64,000 bases of DNA from Candidatus Omnitrophota bacterium. GTDB taxonomy: Bacteria; Omnitrophota; Gorgyraeia; B26-G9. The first letter of the stretch is position 1, and every line of letters begins with the position of its first letter. The stretch spans positions 10,232 through 74,231 of the forward strand of contig JBDRPX010000004.1 of the NCBI GenBank assembly GCA_043826565.1, in the 5' to 3' direction. The translations under genes and the position numbers were made by a program. The notes under the pieces are model-generated. The model did no database searches. It was not told the DNA's origin and saw only the letters and a list, made by a program, of their open reading frames with translations. Of the stretch, positions 38,162 through 48,246 are shown piece after piece.

Positions 38162-38808
38162 AAAAAATATATAAGGTAATAGTCAGAATCTTAAAAGCAA
38201 TTGATCGGAGCTCAGGATATAAATTAGGTAGTTTTATTAGAAAGAAAACTAATGTGAACACAATTGATTTTTGGAATGAAACCTGGACAAAAAAAGAAGG
38301 AGACGAAGATTTTCGCTATAATTATTTTTTAGAATTTTTGCCTAAAGCCAGAGTTTTTTCTCTTTTGGATATTGGGTGTGCTTCCGGGGAGGGGTGTGTT
38401 CTCATTAAGAAACATTTCCCAAAAGCAGAAATTACTGGTATAGATTTTAGTTCCGTGGCAATTAATATGGCCAATGAGAAAAAATCAGATATTAATTTTA
38501 TCAGAATGGATATTTTAAAAGAAAGTCCAACTCAGAAATATGATTATATTACGATTATCCATACGTTGGAGCATTTTAATGATCCTTTTCAAGTTGTGAA
38601 TAAATGTTTAAACTTTGTAAATGAAGCGTTGATTATTGAAGCTCCTTATACAGAAAAATTTGATGTGCCGTATTTGTATAGAAAAGGCCAGCATAGATAT
38701 CTTTTTAATGAGAAAACTTTTGAAAAATATAAATGTAAAGTTCTTAAAATAACTGAGTATATAGAGTCAGCTAAATATAGATATATTGTGTATCAAATAG
38801 AACCATAA
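38158..38808 (+). CDS. Class I SAM-dependent methyltransferase
   Basis: LLDIGCASG, GIDFS, TLEHF. Confidence 0.85.
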   Translation: MKKIYKVIVRILKAIDRSSGYKLGSFIRKKTNVNTIDFWNETWTKKEGDEDFRYNYFLEFLPKARVFSLLDIGCASGEGCVLIKKHFPKAEITGIDFSSVAINMANEKKSDINFIRMDILKESPTQKYDYITIIHTLEHFNDPFQVVNKCLNFVNEALIIEAPYTEKFDVPYLYRKGQHRYLFNEKTFEKYKCKVLKITEYIESAKYRYIVYQIEP

Positions 38809-38834
38809 TATAGGTTTAATAATTAGGGGGAAGT

Positions 38835-39500
38835 ATGCGAGGAATAATCAAAAAATCGTATAGTTTTATTATAAATGCTGTTAAGGCATGGGATAAAAGG
38901 ACAAATTATGCAGCTTTGCGTTGGTTGCGGAAGATAACGAATACAAATTCTAAGAAATTTTATGATGATTTGCTTGCCCGGAAGGGGAAGCAATGGAGGT
39001 CTTTTCCTTATGAGACTCTATTGGAATTTCTTCCGACAGATAAGCCCTTTACTTTACTTGATATCGGTTGTGCTCTTGGTGACGGGTGTATTTTTTTAAA
39101 AGAAAAATTTCCTGATAGTGATTTTAGCGGGGCAGATTGGAGTAGTGTTGGTATTGCGACAGCAAAAGAAAAATCCAAAGAGATCAATTTTTTTGAATTG
39201 AATATACTTAAAAATTCTCCGCCGAAGAATTATGACTATATTAGTATGTTAAGTACTTTAGAGCATTTTGATCATCCTTATGAGGTGATTGAAAAGTGTC
39301 TGAAATTTGTTAATAAAGCATTGTTCATTTATTCTCCATACACAAAATCTTTTGATGATCCACATCTTTACGGATCCGGACTGCATAGATTCTTGTTCAA
39401 TGAAGATACTTTTGCCGGATATGACAGCGAAGTATTAAAGATAACTCAACTGGTTGAAGCGACAGGGTATCAATATATTCTTTACAGGATAAATCCATGA
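38835..39500 (+). CDS. Class I SAM-dependent methyltransferase, paralog of the upstream gene
   Basis: LLDIGCALG, GADWS, TLEHF. Confidence 0.85.
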   Translation: MRGIIKKSYSFIINAVKAWDKRTNYAALRWLRKITNTNSKKFYDDLLARKGKQWRSFPYETLLEFLPTDKPFTLLDIGCALGDGCIFLKEKFPDSDFSGADWSSVGIATAKEKSKEINFFELNILKNSPPKNYDYISMLSTLEHFDHPYEVIEKCLKFVNKALFIYSPYTKSFDDPHLYGSGLHRFLFNEDTFAGYDSEVLKITQLVEATGYQYILYRINP

Positions 39501-40732
39501 AAATACTAAGTATTTCAAATATGGATATTTGGCCGTTTGGGAAAAATAAGGGAATCCCTTCGGTATCAGCTTCGCAGATAGGATTTGCCGACTTGGGGCA
39601 TGAGGTTTATTTTTCATGTCCGCTAAAACGGAAAGGATTGCCGGCAGAGGAAGAAATGGAAGGGGTGCATATCCGGCGCTATAGACTGCCGTTTGGCCTG
39701 AGCAGTCTTTCTGTCTATAATTTGCCGATGGATAAACTGGGTAATCGAATAAAAAGCAGTATGATTTATAATCTGGAATGGTTTTTTGTCCAGATTTTCG
39801 GGTTTTTTCACGGGATTACTCTGGCGCTGCGGATAAGGCCGGATCTTATTTATGCTCATAGCACTACGGCCGCGTTTCCGGCATTTTTGATTAGCCGGTT
39901 GTGCAAAGCGAAATTTGTGATCAGGGTTTATGGGATAAAGGATATGTCTACGTTTAATACCTGGGGCCGGCTAAGAGCGATCAGGGATATCGCGGCATTT
40001 AAATTAGCGGCGGATTACTTTATTGTCACTAATGACGGTACCGGAGGGTATGCTTTGCTTAAGGATCTGGGAGTAAAAGAAGAAAAAATTAAAAATTGGC
40101 GTAATGGGATCGACATTTCTATATCAGATCCTGTGCCGCAGGCAAAGCAAAAGGTATGCGCGCAGCTGGGTATTCCGGAATCTTCACGGATCATCCTTTC
40201 TTTGTCCCGGTTTATTCCTATTTACGGTGTAGATAATCTGGTATTATCTTTGCCGGAATTATTTAAAAAACACGAGGATATTGTTTGTGTTATTGCCGGC
40301 AGCGGCCCGGATAAATCTAAGTTAGAAGCTATTGTTAATGAGGCGGGGATCGCTTCCCGGGTTTTCTTTTTGGGGACAGTCGACCATGAGCAGGTAAAAA
40401 GACTTTTATATGCCGCGGATATGTATGTGTTTTTACCGCGGATTCATAACTGCACAAATACAATGTGGGAAGCTATCTCATGTGGGGTTTGTATTTTAAC
40501 TACCGAAACAGAATCAATAAAAGAGGTTCTGATTTCCGGGGAAAACTGTGTCTTGATATCTTATCAAAGGATAAAAGAATTACCTCAGGTTTTAGATTCT
40601 CTTTTTAATGATGATGAGCAGATGCGTAAATTGGGAGAAAATGCCTTAAAGCGTTCCCAGGAGGTCTTGGAGAGCTGGCCGGATAGAATAAAGAAAGAAG
40701 CAGAGCTTTTGGAAGAATTAGTGAAAAAATGA
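39497..40732 (+). CDS. GT4-family glycosyltransferase
   Basis: GHEV, PDLIYAHS, NGID, IAGSGP, EAISCG. Confidence 0.85.
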   Translation: MKILSISNMDIWPFGKNKGIPSVSASQIGFADLGHEVYFSCPLKRKGLPAEEEMEGVHIRRYRLPFGLSSLSVYNLPMDKLGNRIKSSMIYNLEWFFVQIFGFFHGITLALRIRPDLIYAHSTTAAFPAFLISRLCKAKFVIRVYGIKDMSTFNTWGRLRAIRDIAAFKLAADYFIVTNDGTGGYALLKDLGVKEEKIKNWRNGIDISISDPVPQAKQKVCAQLGIPESSRIILSLSRFIPIYGVDNLVLSLPELFKKHEDIVCVIAGSGPDKSKLEAIVNEAGIASRVFFLGTVDHEQVKRLLYAADMYVFLPRIHNCTNTMWEAISCGVCILTTETESIKEVLISGENCVLISYQRIKELPQVLDSLFNDDEQMRKLGENALKRSQEVLESWPDRIKKEAELLEELVKK

Positions 40733-41772
40733 AAGATAATAATAAGAAATCAATAAGCCTTATAATCACCGGAGATATTATGCTCGGAGGAACATTATCT
40801 GCGGGATTAAAAAAATATAATTATTCACATCTTAGAGATTGTTTTCAAGATGCGGACATTGTTTTTGGTAACTTGGAAGCTCCGTTTTCTAATCAAGGAC
40901 AACCGCAGGAGAATAAGATACTTCTTTCTCAGCCTCCGGAAGCTGTAGAATTGATTGATTATTTGGGTTTTAATGTATTGTCCTTAGGGAACAATCATAT
41001 TATGGATTATGGAGAAAAAGGCTTAGATGAAACATTGCGTATTCTTTCTGAAAATAATATTCAATACATCGGGGCAGGTAATGATCTTGCTCAGGCCAGA
41101 AAACCGGCAGAATTTAGTATGTGCGGGATAAAGGTGTCAATATTAGGCTATGCCAGCCAGTCTACGGAAAAAAGTAATCCTTTGGTGTATGCCCGGGAAA
41201 ATAAAAAAGGTTTGGCTGAATTTAATATGGAAGTAATTAAAGAAGATATTAAACGCGCCAAGGCTCAGGGCACGGATATTGTGGTTGTTTCTTTGCATTG
41301 GGGCGAAGAAATGTATCATTTCCCCTATCCAGAACAGAGAAAACAAGCGCATGAAATTATTGATATGGGCGCGAATATTATTGCCGGGCATCATCCGCAT
41401 CTTTTACAGGGGGTAGAGAAATATAAAAACGGAGTTATTTTATACTCTCTGGGTAATTTTATTTTTGGTGAGTTTATAATGCCGAATGATAAATGGTACC
41501 GATGGTCGCCAAGAAACCGGCTTAGTGCTTATCTTGAGTTTACGGTGGGAAAACAAGGGATACTTTCTTATAATGTAGTTCCTTTGTGGATAGGCAAGGA
41601 GCTGATTCCGTCCCAGGCTAAGAAAATATCCTGCCGCAGGGCGATAGAACGATTTTCTAAAATATTGAGCAGCCCGGATTATGAAAGATTATTTAAGGGT
41701 ATAAAAGCAAAAGAAAACCAGGCAATCTTTTGGGATAAGGTTAAAAGGAGATTTTTAGGTTATGGTCTATAA
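40729..41772 (+). CDS. CapA-family metallophosphoesterase-fold protein
   Basis: GDIM, NLE, NNHIMDYG, HWG, GHHPH, YSLGNF. Confidence 0.9.
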   Translation: MKDNNKKSISLIITGDIMLGGTLSAGLKKYNYSHLRDCFQDADIVFGNLEAPFSNQGQPQENKILLSQPPEAVELIDYLGFNVLSLGNNHIMDYGEKGLDETLRILSENNIQYIGAGNDLAQARKPAEFSMCGIKVSILGYASQSTEKSNPLVYARENKKGLAEFNMEVIKEDIKRAKAQGTDIVVVSLHWGEEMYHFPYPEQRKQAHEIIDMGANIIAGHHPHLLQGVEKYKNGVILYSLGNFIFGEFIMPNDKWYRWSPRNRLSAYLEFTVGKQGILSYNVVPLWIGKELIPSQAKKISCRRAIERFSKILSSPDYERLFKGIKAKENQAIFWDKVKRRFLGYGL

Positions 41773-43201
41773 AAAAGTATTCCTATTAACCCCGCCATAC
41801 CGGGGCACCCGCGTAAAAGGAGTTTTTTCCGCGGGGCTTGGGTATATTGCCGAAAGCCTTAAGAACGCGGGCATTGAATATGAAGTTTGTAATATGAGTT
41901 TGGGGTATGATTATAAATATTTAAAAATGAAAATAGATAGATTTGCTCCGGGATTGATCGGTATCTCAATGATGACCTATAGATATAAACAGACCTATGA
42001 ATTAATAAGAAGCCTGAAAAAGGATTACCCCAAAATTCGGATTGTTGTCGGCGGTCCGCATATTTCTTTGTTTCGCAAAGAAGTTTTAGAAGCATGTCCG
42101 GAAATAGATTTTGGGATTACTTTAGAAGGGGAGGAGACAATAGTGGAATTGTGCAGCGGGACAGCTGCGGGATCGATCAAAGGACTGATTTATCAAGGAG
42201 AAAAAGGGGTTATTTATAATGGCGATAGGGAATTTATTAATCCCCTGGATAAGATTGCTTTTCCTCAATATGAGAAGTTTGAAATGGAAAGGATCTTTAA
42301 TAAGGAAATAAATTCCGTTCCCATAGTTTCCTCTCGCGGCTGCCCTTTTGCTTGTGTGTACTGTCCGGTTAAATTTTCCGTGGGTTGTGATTTCCGGGTG
42401 AGAAGCCCGGAAAGTATTATTGCCGAACTAAAGTATTGGCATCAGAAAGGGTACCGCAGGTTCAGTTTCGCGGATGATAATTTTACTTTAAAGAAACAGC
42501 GGATAGTTGACTTATGCGAAGCTCTCAGGAAAAACAATCTGAATGATTTAAAATTAAGCTGTGATAATGGCATCCGTGCGGATAAGGTTGATAAAGACCT
42601 TTTGAAGTTGATGAGGGATGTGGGTTTTTATAGAATAGCTTTTGGTGTGGAAGCGGGCAATAACAAAATTCTAAAGCAGTTGAAAAAAAGTGAAAATATT
42701 GAGACAATAACCGCGCGGATTCAGGAAGCCTGTGATCTGGGCTATGAGATGGATTTATTTTTTCTTGTGGGTTCTCCGGGAGAGACTTGGGAAGATTTGC
42801 AGGATTCTTTTAGTATTGCTTTAAAATATCCCATCGGGACAGCCTACTTTTATAATATTATCCCGTTTCCGCATACAGAATTATTTGATTGGATAAAAGA
42901 AAACGGCAGGTTTTTAAAAGAACCGGAAAACTATTTAGATGATTATCCGATCTTAGATAATGTGCCGCTTTTTGAAACTCCGGAAATGCCGCTTAAAATG
43001 AGAAAAAAAGCTATAAAAAAGGCGTTTAGTATTACCCGGCTAACCATGTACCGGGCTTGGACAAAACGGCTGGAAAAATTAGGCGGCCTGGGAAAAATAT
43101 TGGCGTTCATTTATACGCGGGAATTTGTTCAGGATGTGATTTTGCGCAATGAAATTACCCGAAAAATTGTTTATCGCTTAGCCTGGCTGTTTATTAAGTA
43201 A
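41762..43201 (+). CDS. B12-binding domain radical SAM protein
   Basis: GGPH, SRGCPFACVYC (CxxxCxxC), DDNF, FGVEAG. Confidence 0.92.
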   Translation: MVYKKVFLLTPPYRGTRVKGVFSAGLGYIAESLKNAGIEYEVCNMSLGYDYKYLKMKIDRFAPGLIGISMMTYRYKQTYELIRSLKKDYPKIRIVVGGPHISLFRKEVLEACPEIDFGITLEGEETIVELCSGTAAGSIKGLIYQGEKGVIYNGDREFINPLDKIAFPQYEKFEMERIFNKEINSVPIVSSRGCPFACVYCPVKFSVGCDFRVRSPESIIAELKYWHQKGYRRFSFADDNFTLKKQRIVDLCEALRKNNLNDLKLSCDNGIRADKVDKDLLKLMRDVGFYRIAFGVEAGNNKILKQLKKSENIETITARIQEACDLGYEMDLFFLVGSPGETWEDLQDSFSIALKYPIGTAYFYNIIPFPHTELFDWIKENGRFLKEPENYLDDYPILDNVPLFETPEMPLKMRKKAIKKAFSITRLTMYRAWTKRLEKLGGLGKILAFIYTREFVQDVILRNEITRKIVYRLAWLFIK

Positions 43202-43212
43202 AAGGACGAAAA

Positions 43213-44034
43213 ATGCTTGTTTCTATAATCATACCTTGTAAAAATGAGAGTGAGAATATAAAGAGCTTACTGGAAGCTGTGCAAACGCAGGAACTTGATT
43301 TTGATAAAGAGATAATTACTGTTAATAATGTAAGCCCTTCGGGCCGGGCGAGGAATCAGGGCGCGGATAGAGCAAAGGGAGAAATCCTGGTTTTTCTGGA
43401 TAATGATATTAGTTTTGGCAGTTCTAGAGTTTTAGCAAATTTAATCGCGCCGCTTTTGGAAGACGCGGAGATCGGGATTTGCGGAGTTTCTCAAAAAATT
43501 CCCAAAAACGCGAATTGGTTTCAGCGCTGGTGTGCTAAAGAAATTCCGCATACTGAGCATTTAGTTGTGGAGAAAATAGAAGAACGGGGAATGGTGGGGG
43601 GCGCCTGCTGCGCGATAAAGAAAGAATTGTTTTTTAAATCCGGAAGATTTAATGATGGATTAAAAAGAGGGGTAGATGTTGAATTTTGTGCCCGGGTAAA
43701 GGCAAATAATTATCGTGTTGTGATTGTGCCGCAGACCTGGATTTATCATCCGCCATCGGAGAATTTATTTGAGTTTATAAGTTTGTGTTTTCGCAATGGA
43801 AAAGCTACCGCGTTTATTGACCGGTATTATCCGGAATTAAATTTTGATGTCGGCGTAGGAGAAAAAATTGGCCCGCTTAAGAAAAAAAGTATTTTAGAAA
43901 GGTTCTTACGCTATGGCCAAGGGGTTTTGAAAGCTATAGTATTTTTAAAGATATTAAATCTAATCTATAGGATTGCTTATTTTTTAGGATATATTCAGGA
44001 GAAAATATTCGGCGGGAGAAAAAATGTACGATAA
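43213..44034 (+). CDS. GT2-family glycosyltransferase
   Basis: VSIIIP.KNE, ARNQG, FLDND. Confidence 0.88.
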   Translation: MLVSIIIPCKNESENIKSLLEAVQTQELDFDKEIITVNNVSPSGRARNQGADRAKGEILVFLDNDISFGSSRVLANLIAPLLEDAEIGICGVSQKIPKNANWFQRWCAKEIPHTEHLVVEKIEERGMVGGACCAIKKELFFKSGRFNDGLKRGVDVEFCARVKANNYRVVIVPQTWIYHPPSENLFEFISLCFRNGKATAFIDRYYPELNFDVGVGEKIGPLKKKSILERFLRYGQGVLKAIVFLKILNLIYRIAYFLGYIQEKIFGGRKNVR

Positions 44035-45376
44035 AATAGTCAAACACATCTATTACCCGTTAATGCAAAAAATTAAGGGACAAAAGGTTATTAGCTACGC
44101 GCAAAAACTTGAAAAATCGCAATGGAATACTGCCGATGTTTTAGAGAAAGAGCAATGGGATAATCTGAAAAGATTAATAGATAGCGCGGGTAAAAATGTG
44201 CCTTATTATAAACGAATTTTTAAGGAGGAAGGTATTGATACGAAAAATATTAAAAATTACAGTGATTTTAGGCGCATTCCTTGTCTGGAAAAAGATACAG
44301 TGCAGCAAAATTTTAAGGAACTTATTAATCCCGATTATAAGGAGGGGTTTTACCGGACTAAAACCAGCGGTTCTACAGGGCGGGTATTGGAATTATTACA
44401 CAGTATTGAGGTGACCAGTTGGATATTTGCCGGACAAAAAAGAGCGCAAAAATGGTTTGATGTTGAGGTTGGGGATAAAGCTTTATTTATCTGGGGAAGG
44501 CCGCTGGATTCGCGTTTTCAGGAGTTGGCGGGTTATATTAAAACGCGATTAAAGAATATTATACTGATTTCGGCTTTTGAGCTAACTGAAGCGAATCTAA
44601 AAAAACAATGGCAGAAAATAAAACATTTTAAGCCAAAATATATTTACGGTTACGCATCGTCGATTTTTAAATTAGCCGAATATGTGCAAAAGACAGACAA
44701 ACAGGCAGAGTTTTCCTCAAAAGCCGTGTTTACTACCGCGGAAACGCTTTTTAATTATCAGCGGGAAGTGATTGAAGCGGTCTTTGACTGTCCGGTAGCG
44801 CAGGAATACGGCTGTGCCGAAGTAGGCGCGTTTGCTTATGAATGTCCGCAAAAAAACATGCATATTTACGCGGAGAATGTTTTTGTGGAAGTGCTTAAAA
44901 ACGGACAGCCGGCAGCTGCAGGAGAAACCGGTGAAATAGTGATTACATCTTTAAATAATTATTGCATGCCGTTTATCCGTTACCGGGTGGGCGATATGGG
45001 AAGTTACTTAGATAAAGAGTGTGCTTGCGGCCGGAAACTCCCCTTATTGGATTTAAAAGTAGCCAAAGTTACGGATATGGTAGTGACGGCTGGCGGAGAA
45101 GTATTCTCCAGTGAATTGTTTGATTATATAAATTTAGAGCTTAAAAAGAAGCAGATCACCGGAATTGGTCAATTTCGGGTAACCCAGGAAAATCAGGAAG
45201 CTTTTGCCGTGGAAATAGTAAAACAAGAGCCATTTTCTGAGCAGGCAATTGATTTTTTCCGCAAAAAAATGATGGAATTTTTCGGCAATAATATAAAAAT
45301 AGAATTTATTTTTAAAAAGGAAATACCCAGAGATAAAACCGGAAAGATGAGATATTTTATTTCCAAATTAAAGTAA
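44024..45376 (+). CDS. Phenylacetate-CoA ligase-like adenylate-forming protein (CapK-like)
   Basis: TSGSTG, YGCAE, PFIRYRVGD, TGKMR. Confidence 0.88.
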   Translation: MYDKIVKHIYYPLMQKIKGQKVISYAQKLEKSQWNTADVLEKEQWDNLKRLIDSAGKNVPYYKRIFKEEGIDTKNIKNYSDFRRIPCLEKDTVQQNFKELINPDYKEGFYRTKTSGSTGRVLELLHSIEVTSWIFAGQKRAQKWFDVEVGDKALFIWGRPLDSRFQELAGYIKTRLKNIILISAFELTEANLKKQWQKIKHFKPKYIYGYASSIFKLAEYVQKTDKQAEFSSKAVFTTAETLFNYQREVIEAVFDCPVAQEYGCAEVGAFAYECPQKNMHIYAENVFVEVLKNGQPAAAGETGEIVITSLNNYCMPFIRYRVGDMGSYLDKECACGRKLPLLDLKVAKVTDMVVTAGGEVFSSELFDYINLELKKKQITGIGQFRVTQENQEAFAVEIVKQEPFSEQAIDFFRKKMMEFFGNNIKIEFIFKKEIPRDKTGKMRYFISKLK

Positions 45377-45383
45377 AGTGACT

Positions 45384-46433
45384 ATGAAAAAAATATTAAT
45401 TATTAACTTAGGCGGAATCGGTGATTTCTTGCTTTCTACTCCGGCTGTAAAGGCTTTACGGAACGCTTATCCTGATGCGGAAATAGATCTATTGGCTTCT
45501 GCCGGGATCGGGAAGATTGCCCGGGGATTGGATTATATAAACAGGATATTTGTATTTGATATTAAATACGGTGGAATTATCCGCTGGCACCGGATATGGA
45601 AAAACATCTCAACCTTATTAACGCTGCGCAGAAGGCACTATGACTTGGCTGTTAATATGCGTACGATTACTTCCGCAGACAGCGCGAAAAAGATAAAATT
45701 CCTTTTAAAAGTAATTTCCGCGCATAAAACAGCCGGCAGAAATACCGAGGGACGGGCTTCTTTTTTTAATATAAAAATTCCGGAAACTGATGACGGAGAT
45801 AAATATGAGAGGGAATATGATATTGATACAGTAACAGCTTTAGGCGTGAAAGTGCTGGATAAAAAAGTATCCTGGGAGATTAAGAGTAGTGCTCAGGATA
45901 ATATTGAAAACATGCTTAAAGAAAAAAAGGTAAGTAAAGAGGATATTCTTATTGGTATCCATCCCGGAGGCATGTTTTCGCGCCGCTGGCCCTTAGAAAG
46001 ATTTGCCAAGGTGATTGATGCTATTGCCGAAGCAATGCCGGCTAAATTTATTATCACCGGTGCTAAATTTGAAGAAGTATTAGGTAATACCCTGAAATCT
46101 ATTTCCGATACCGAAGTTATAAATGCGGCGGGGGATTTGGACATCCATGAATTATTTGCTTTAATTAAAAGATGTAATGTTTATATATCGAATGATACCG
46201 GGCCCATGCATATCGCGGCGATACTGAAAACGCCCTTAGTGGCGATATTCGGGCCGGGGCATTTTATTCGTTATGATCCCCGGAATATTTCCGATAGGGT
46301 CAAAGTTTTGTATAAAAAGAAGGAGTGTTCGCCTTGCTTAAAGGTGGAGTGTGATGATCTGCAGTGCTTAAAGGCTGTTTCCCCGCAGGAAGTTATTGAC
46401 GCGGTAACGCAATTATTAGAGGAAAAACAGTGA
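45384..46433 (+). CDS. GT9-family (heptosyltransferase-like) glycosyltransferase
   Basis: GGIGD, IHPG..RRWP, SNDTGPMHIAA. Confidence 0.9.
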   Translation: MKKILIINLGGIGDFLLSTPAVKALRNAYPDAEIDLLASAGIGKIARGLDYINRIFVFDIKYGGIIRWHRIWKNISTLLTLRRRHYDLAVNMRTITSADSAKKIKFLLKVISAHKTAGRNTEGRASFFNIKIPETDDGDKYEREYDIDTVTALGVKVLDKKVSWEIKSSAQDNIENMLKEKKVSKEDILIGIHPGGMFSRRWPLERFAKVIDAIAEAMPAKFIITGAKFEEVLGNTLKSISDTEVINAAGDLDIHELFALIKRCNVYISNDTGPMHIAAILKTPLVAIFGPGHFIRYDPRNISDRVKVLYKKKECSPCLKVECDDLQCLKAVSPQEVIDAVTQLLEEKQ

Positions 46434-47098
46434 TTAAACGTTTATACACCTGGTTTCATAAAGCAGTTGCTAAGGATGAAGAAAAAGATCAGCCTTCGGG
46501 CGGGGTTTGGCCGCATGTAGTCAGAAAAGGGGTTTTAAATATCTGCCAGGCAACCCAGGGGGCAGTCATGGAAGTCGGCTGCGGGGAGGGATTATTTATC
46601 CGCCAACTGGCATTAAATAATCCAGGACTGAAAATTACCGGAGTGGATAATAATAGTGTTAAATTAGAAGAAGCAAAACGTAAATGCCATGAGCTTGGGC
46701 TGGTCAATGTTAACATAATATTTGCTGACGCAGCCAATATACCTGTTTCTGCGGAATGTTTTAATTGCGTTGTGTGTATAAATGTTTTGCTCAATTTACC
46801 TTCGATAGAAGTAGTCCGAAGCATTATAAAAGAAATATCCCGGGTTTGCGCGTGCGGAGGAAAGTTTGTGTTTGATTTTCGTAATTCCGCTAATCCGGTG
46901 GTTAATTTAAAATACAGGCTGGCTCCTTATTATGATGAAACAGTTAAAAGAGACAGTTTGCCGTTAAATACATATTCATCCAAGCAGATCACGGCGCTGT
47001 TATCGGAAAACAAGTTTAAGGTCATTAGCCGGAAATATCTGGGATTTCCTTATAATCGGTTAGCGCCGATTATTATAATTGAGGCGGAAAAATGTTAA
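46430..47098 (+). CDS. Class I SAM-dependent methyltransferase
   Basis: MEVGCGEG, GVD, ADA motifs. Confidence 0.85.
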   Translation: MIKRLYTWFHKAVAKDEEKDQPSGGVWPHVVRKGVLNICQATQGAVMEVGCGEGLFIRQLALNNPGLKITGVDNNSVKLEEAKRKCHELGLVNVNIIFADAANIPVSAECFNCVVCINVLLNLPSIEVVRSIIKEISRVCACGGKFVFDFRNSANPVVNLKYRLAPYYDETVKRDSLPLNTYSSKQITALLSENKFKVISRKYLGFPYNRLAPIIIIEAEKC

Positions 47099-48246
47099 GA
47101 AAAGTACCAATAGTTGCTGTGCCCATCGAAATTACGGATTTATTAGCGGGGTTTAATGCTTTTAGCCGGAAACTCAGTCCCGGCAGTGAACCTTCGGATG
47201 TATTTTTTGCTGATTCCGCAACAGCCTGTCTTTACACATTCCTGCAGATTCTTAAAGGTCAGTCAGATAAACAGGAGGTCATCCTGCCGGCTTATACGGC
47301 ATCGACATTAGTGATCGCGATTCAAAAGGCGGGATTAAAACCAGTGCTTTGTGATATCCGCCTGACTGATTTTAATATGGACCCGGATTCATTAAGGCAG
47401 ATTATTACGGAAAAGACATTAGCGATTATCGGTGTGCATATGTTTGGAATTGTTGATGCGGGGTTGGGTAATATTAAAAAACAATTTCCGGAAATTATCG
47501 TTATTGAAGATTGCTGCCAGGCGATGGGAAGCGAAATTGACCGTGAATTTGTGGGCAAAATGACAGATGTAAGCCTGTTTAGCTTTAATCGCGGTAAAAA
47601 CATTCCCACTTACGGCGGCGGTTGTTTGGGTTTAAATATTAAATTTCTTATAGACAAGATTAAGCAGTCCGGGGTAAGGGAACAGCCGGTGACATTGGCG
47701 CAGGAACTTAAATCAGCAGTTAAGCTGATGGCTTTAGCTGTTATTATGCGGCCGTGGGTATATGGGGCGGCTTTGCCGTTTATCGCGGGTTTAAAAGAGA
47801 AAGCTCCGGCAGAGGATTTTGCGGTCCAGGGGTATACGAAGTTTCAATTAGGTGTTCTCGGTTCTCTATTAAAGAAAATGAAATCACTAAGTCAACAGCG
47901 TTATATTAATGGAATGAAATTAATCGAAGGATTGCAGAAAACAGAAGGGGTTTGTACCCCGGAAATCGCGAAAAATACTAAGCCGGCATTTAACCGCCTG
48001 CCGGTTTTATTTAATGATCCTAAGGAGAAAGAAACCACTCAGAAGAATTTAAGTAGGTCCGGCATAGAAACTTCCCAAATGTATTTTAAACCATTGCATC
48101 ATATTTTTGCTTTAGGATATAAAAAAGAAGAATTTTCTAACGCGGTTTATCTGGCGCAGCATCTTTTGACTTTACCAACACATCCTTTGCTTGCGGATAG
48201 CGATATAGAAAAGATCATTAAAACGATAAGGCGGGTAGTTAAATGA
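47092..48246 (+). CDS. DegT/DnrJ/EryC1/StrS family PLP-dependent sugar aminotransferase
   Basis: VHMFG, IEDCCQA, FSFNRGK, LTLPTH. Confidence 0.85.
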   Translation: MLRKVPIVAVPIEITDLLAGFNAFSRKLSPGSEPSDVFFADSATACLYTFLQILKGQSDKQEVILPAYTASTLVIAIQKAGLKPVLCDIRLTDFNMDPDSLRQIITEKTLAIIGVHMFGIVDAGLGNIKKQFPEIIVIEDCCQAMGSEIDREFVGKMTDVSLFSFNRGKNIPTYGGGCLGLNIKFLIDKIKQSGVREQPVTLAQELKSAVKLMALAVIMRPWVYGAALPFIAGLKEKAPAEDFAVQGYTKFQLGVLGSLLKKMKSLSQQRYINGMKLIEGLQKTEGVCTPEIAKNTKPAFNRLPVLFNDPKEKETTQKNLSRSGIETSQMYFKPLHHIFALGYKKEEFSNAVYLAQHLLTLPTHPLLADSDIEKIIKTIRRVVK

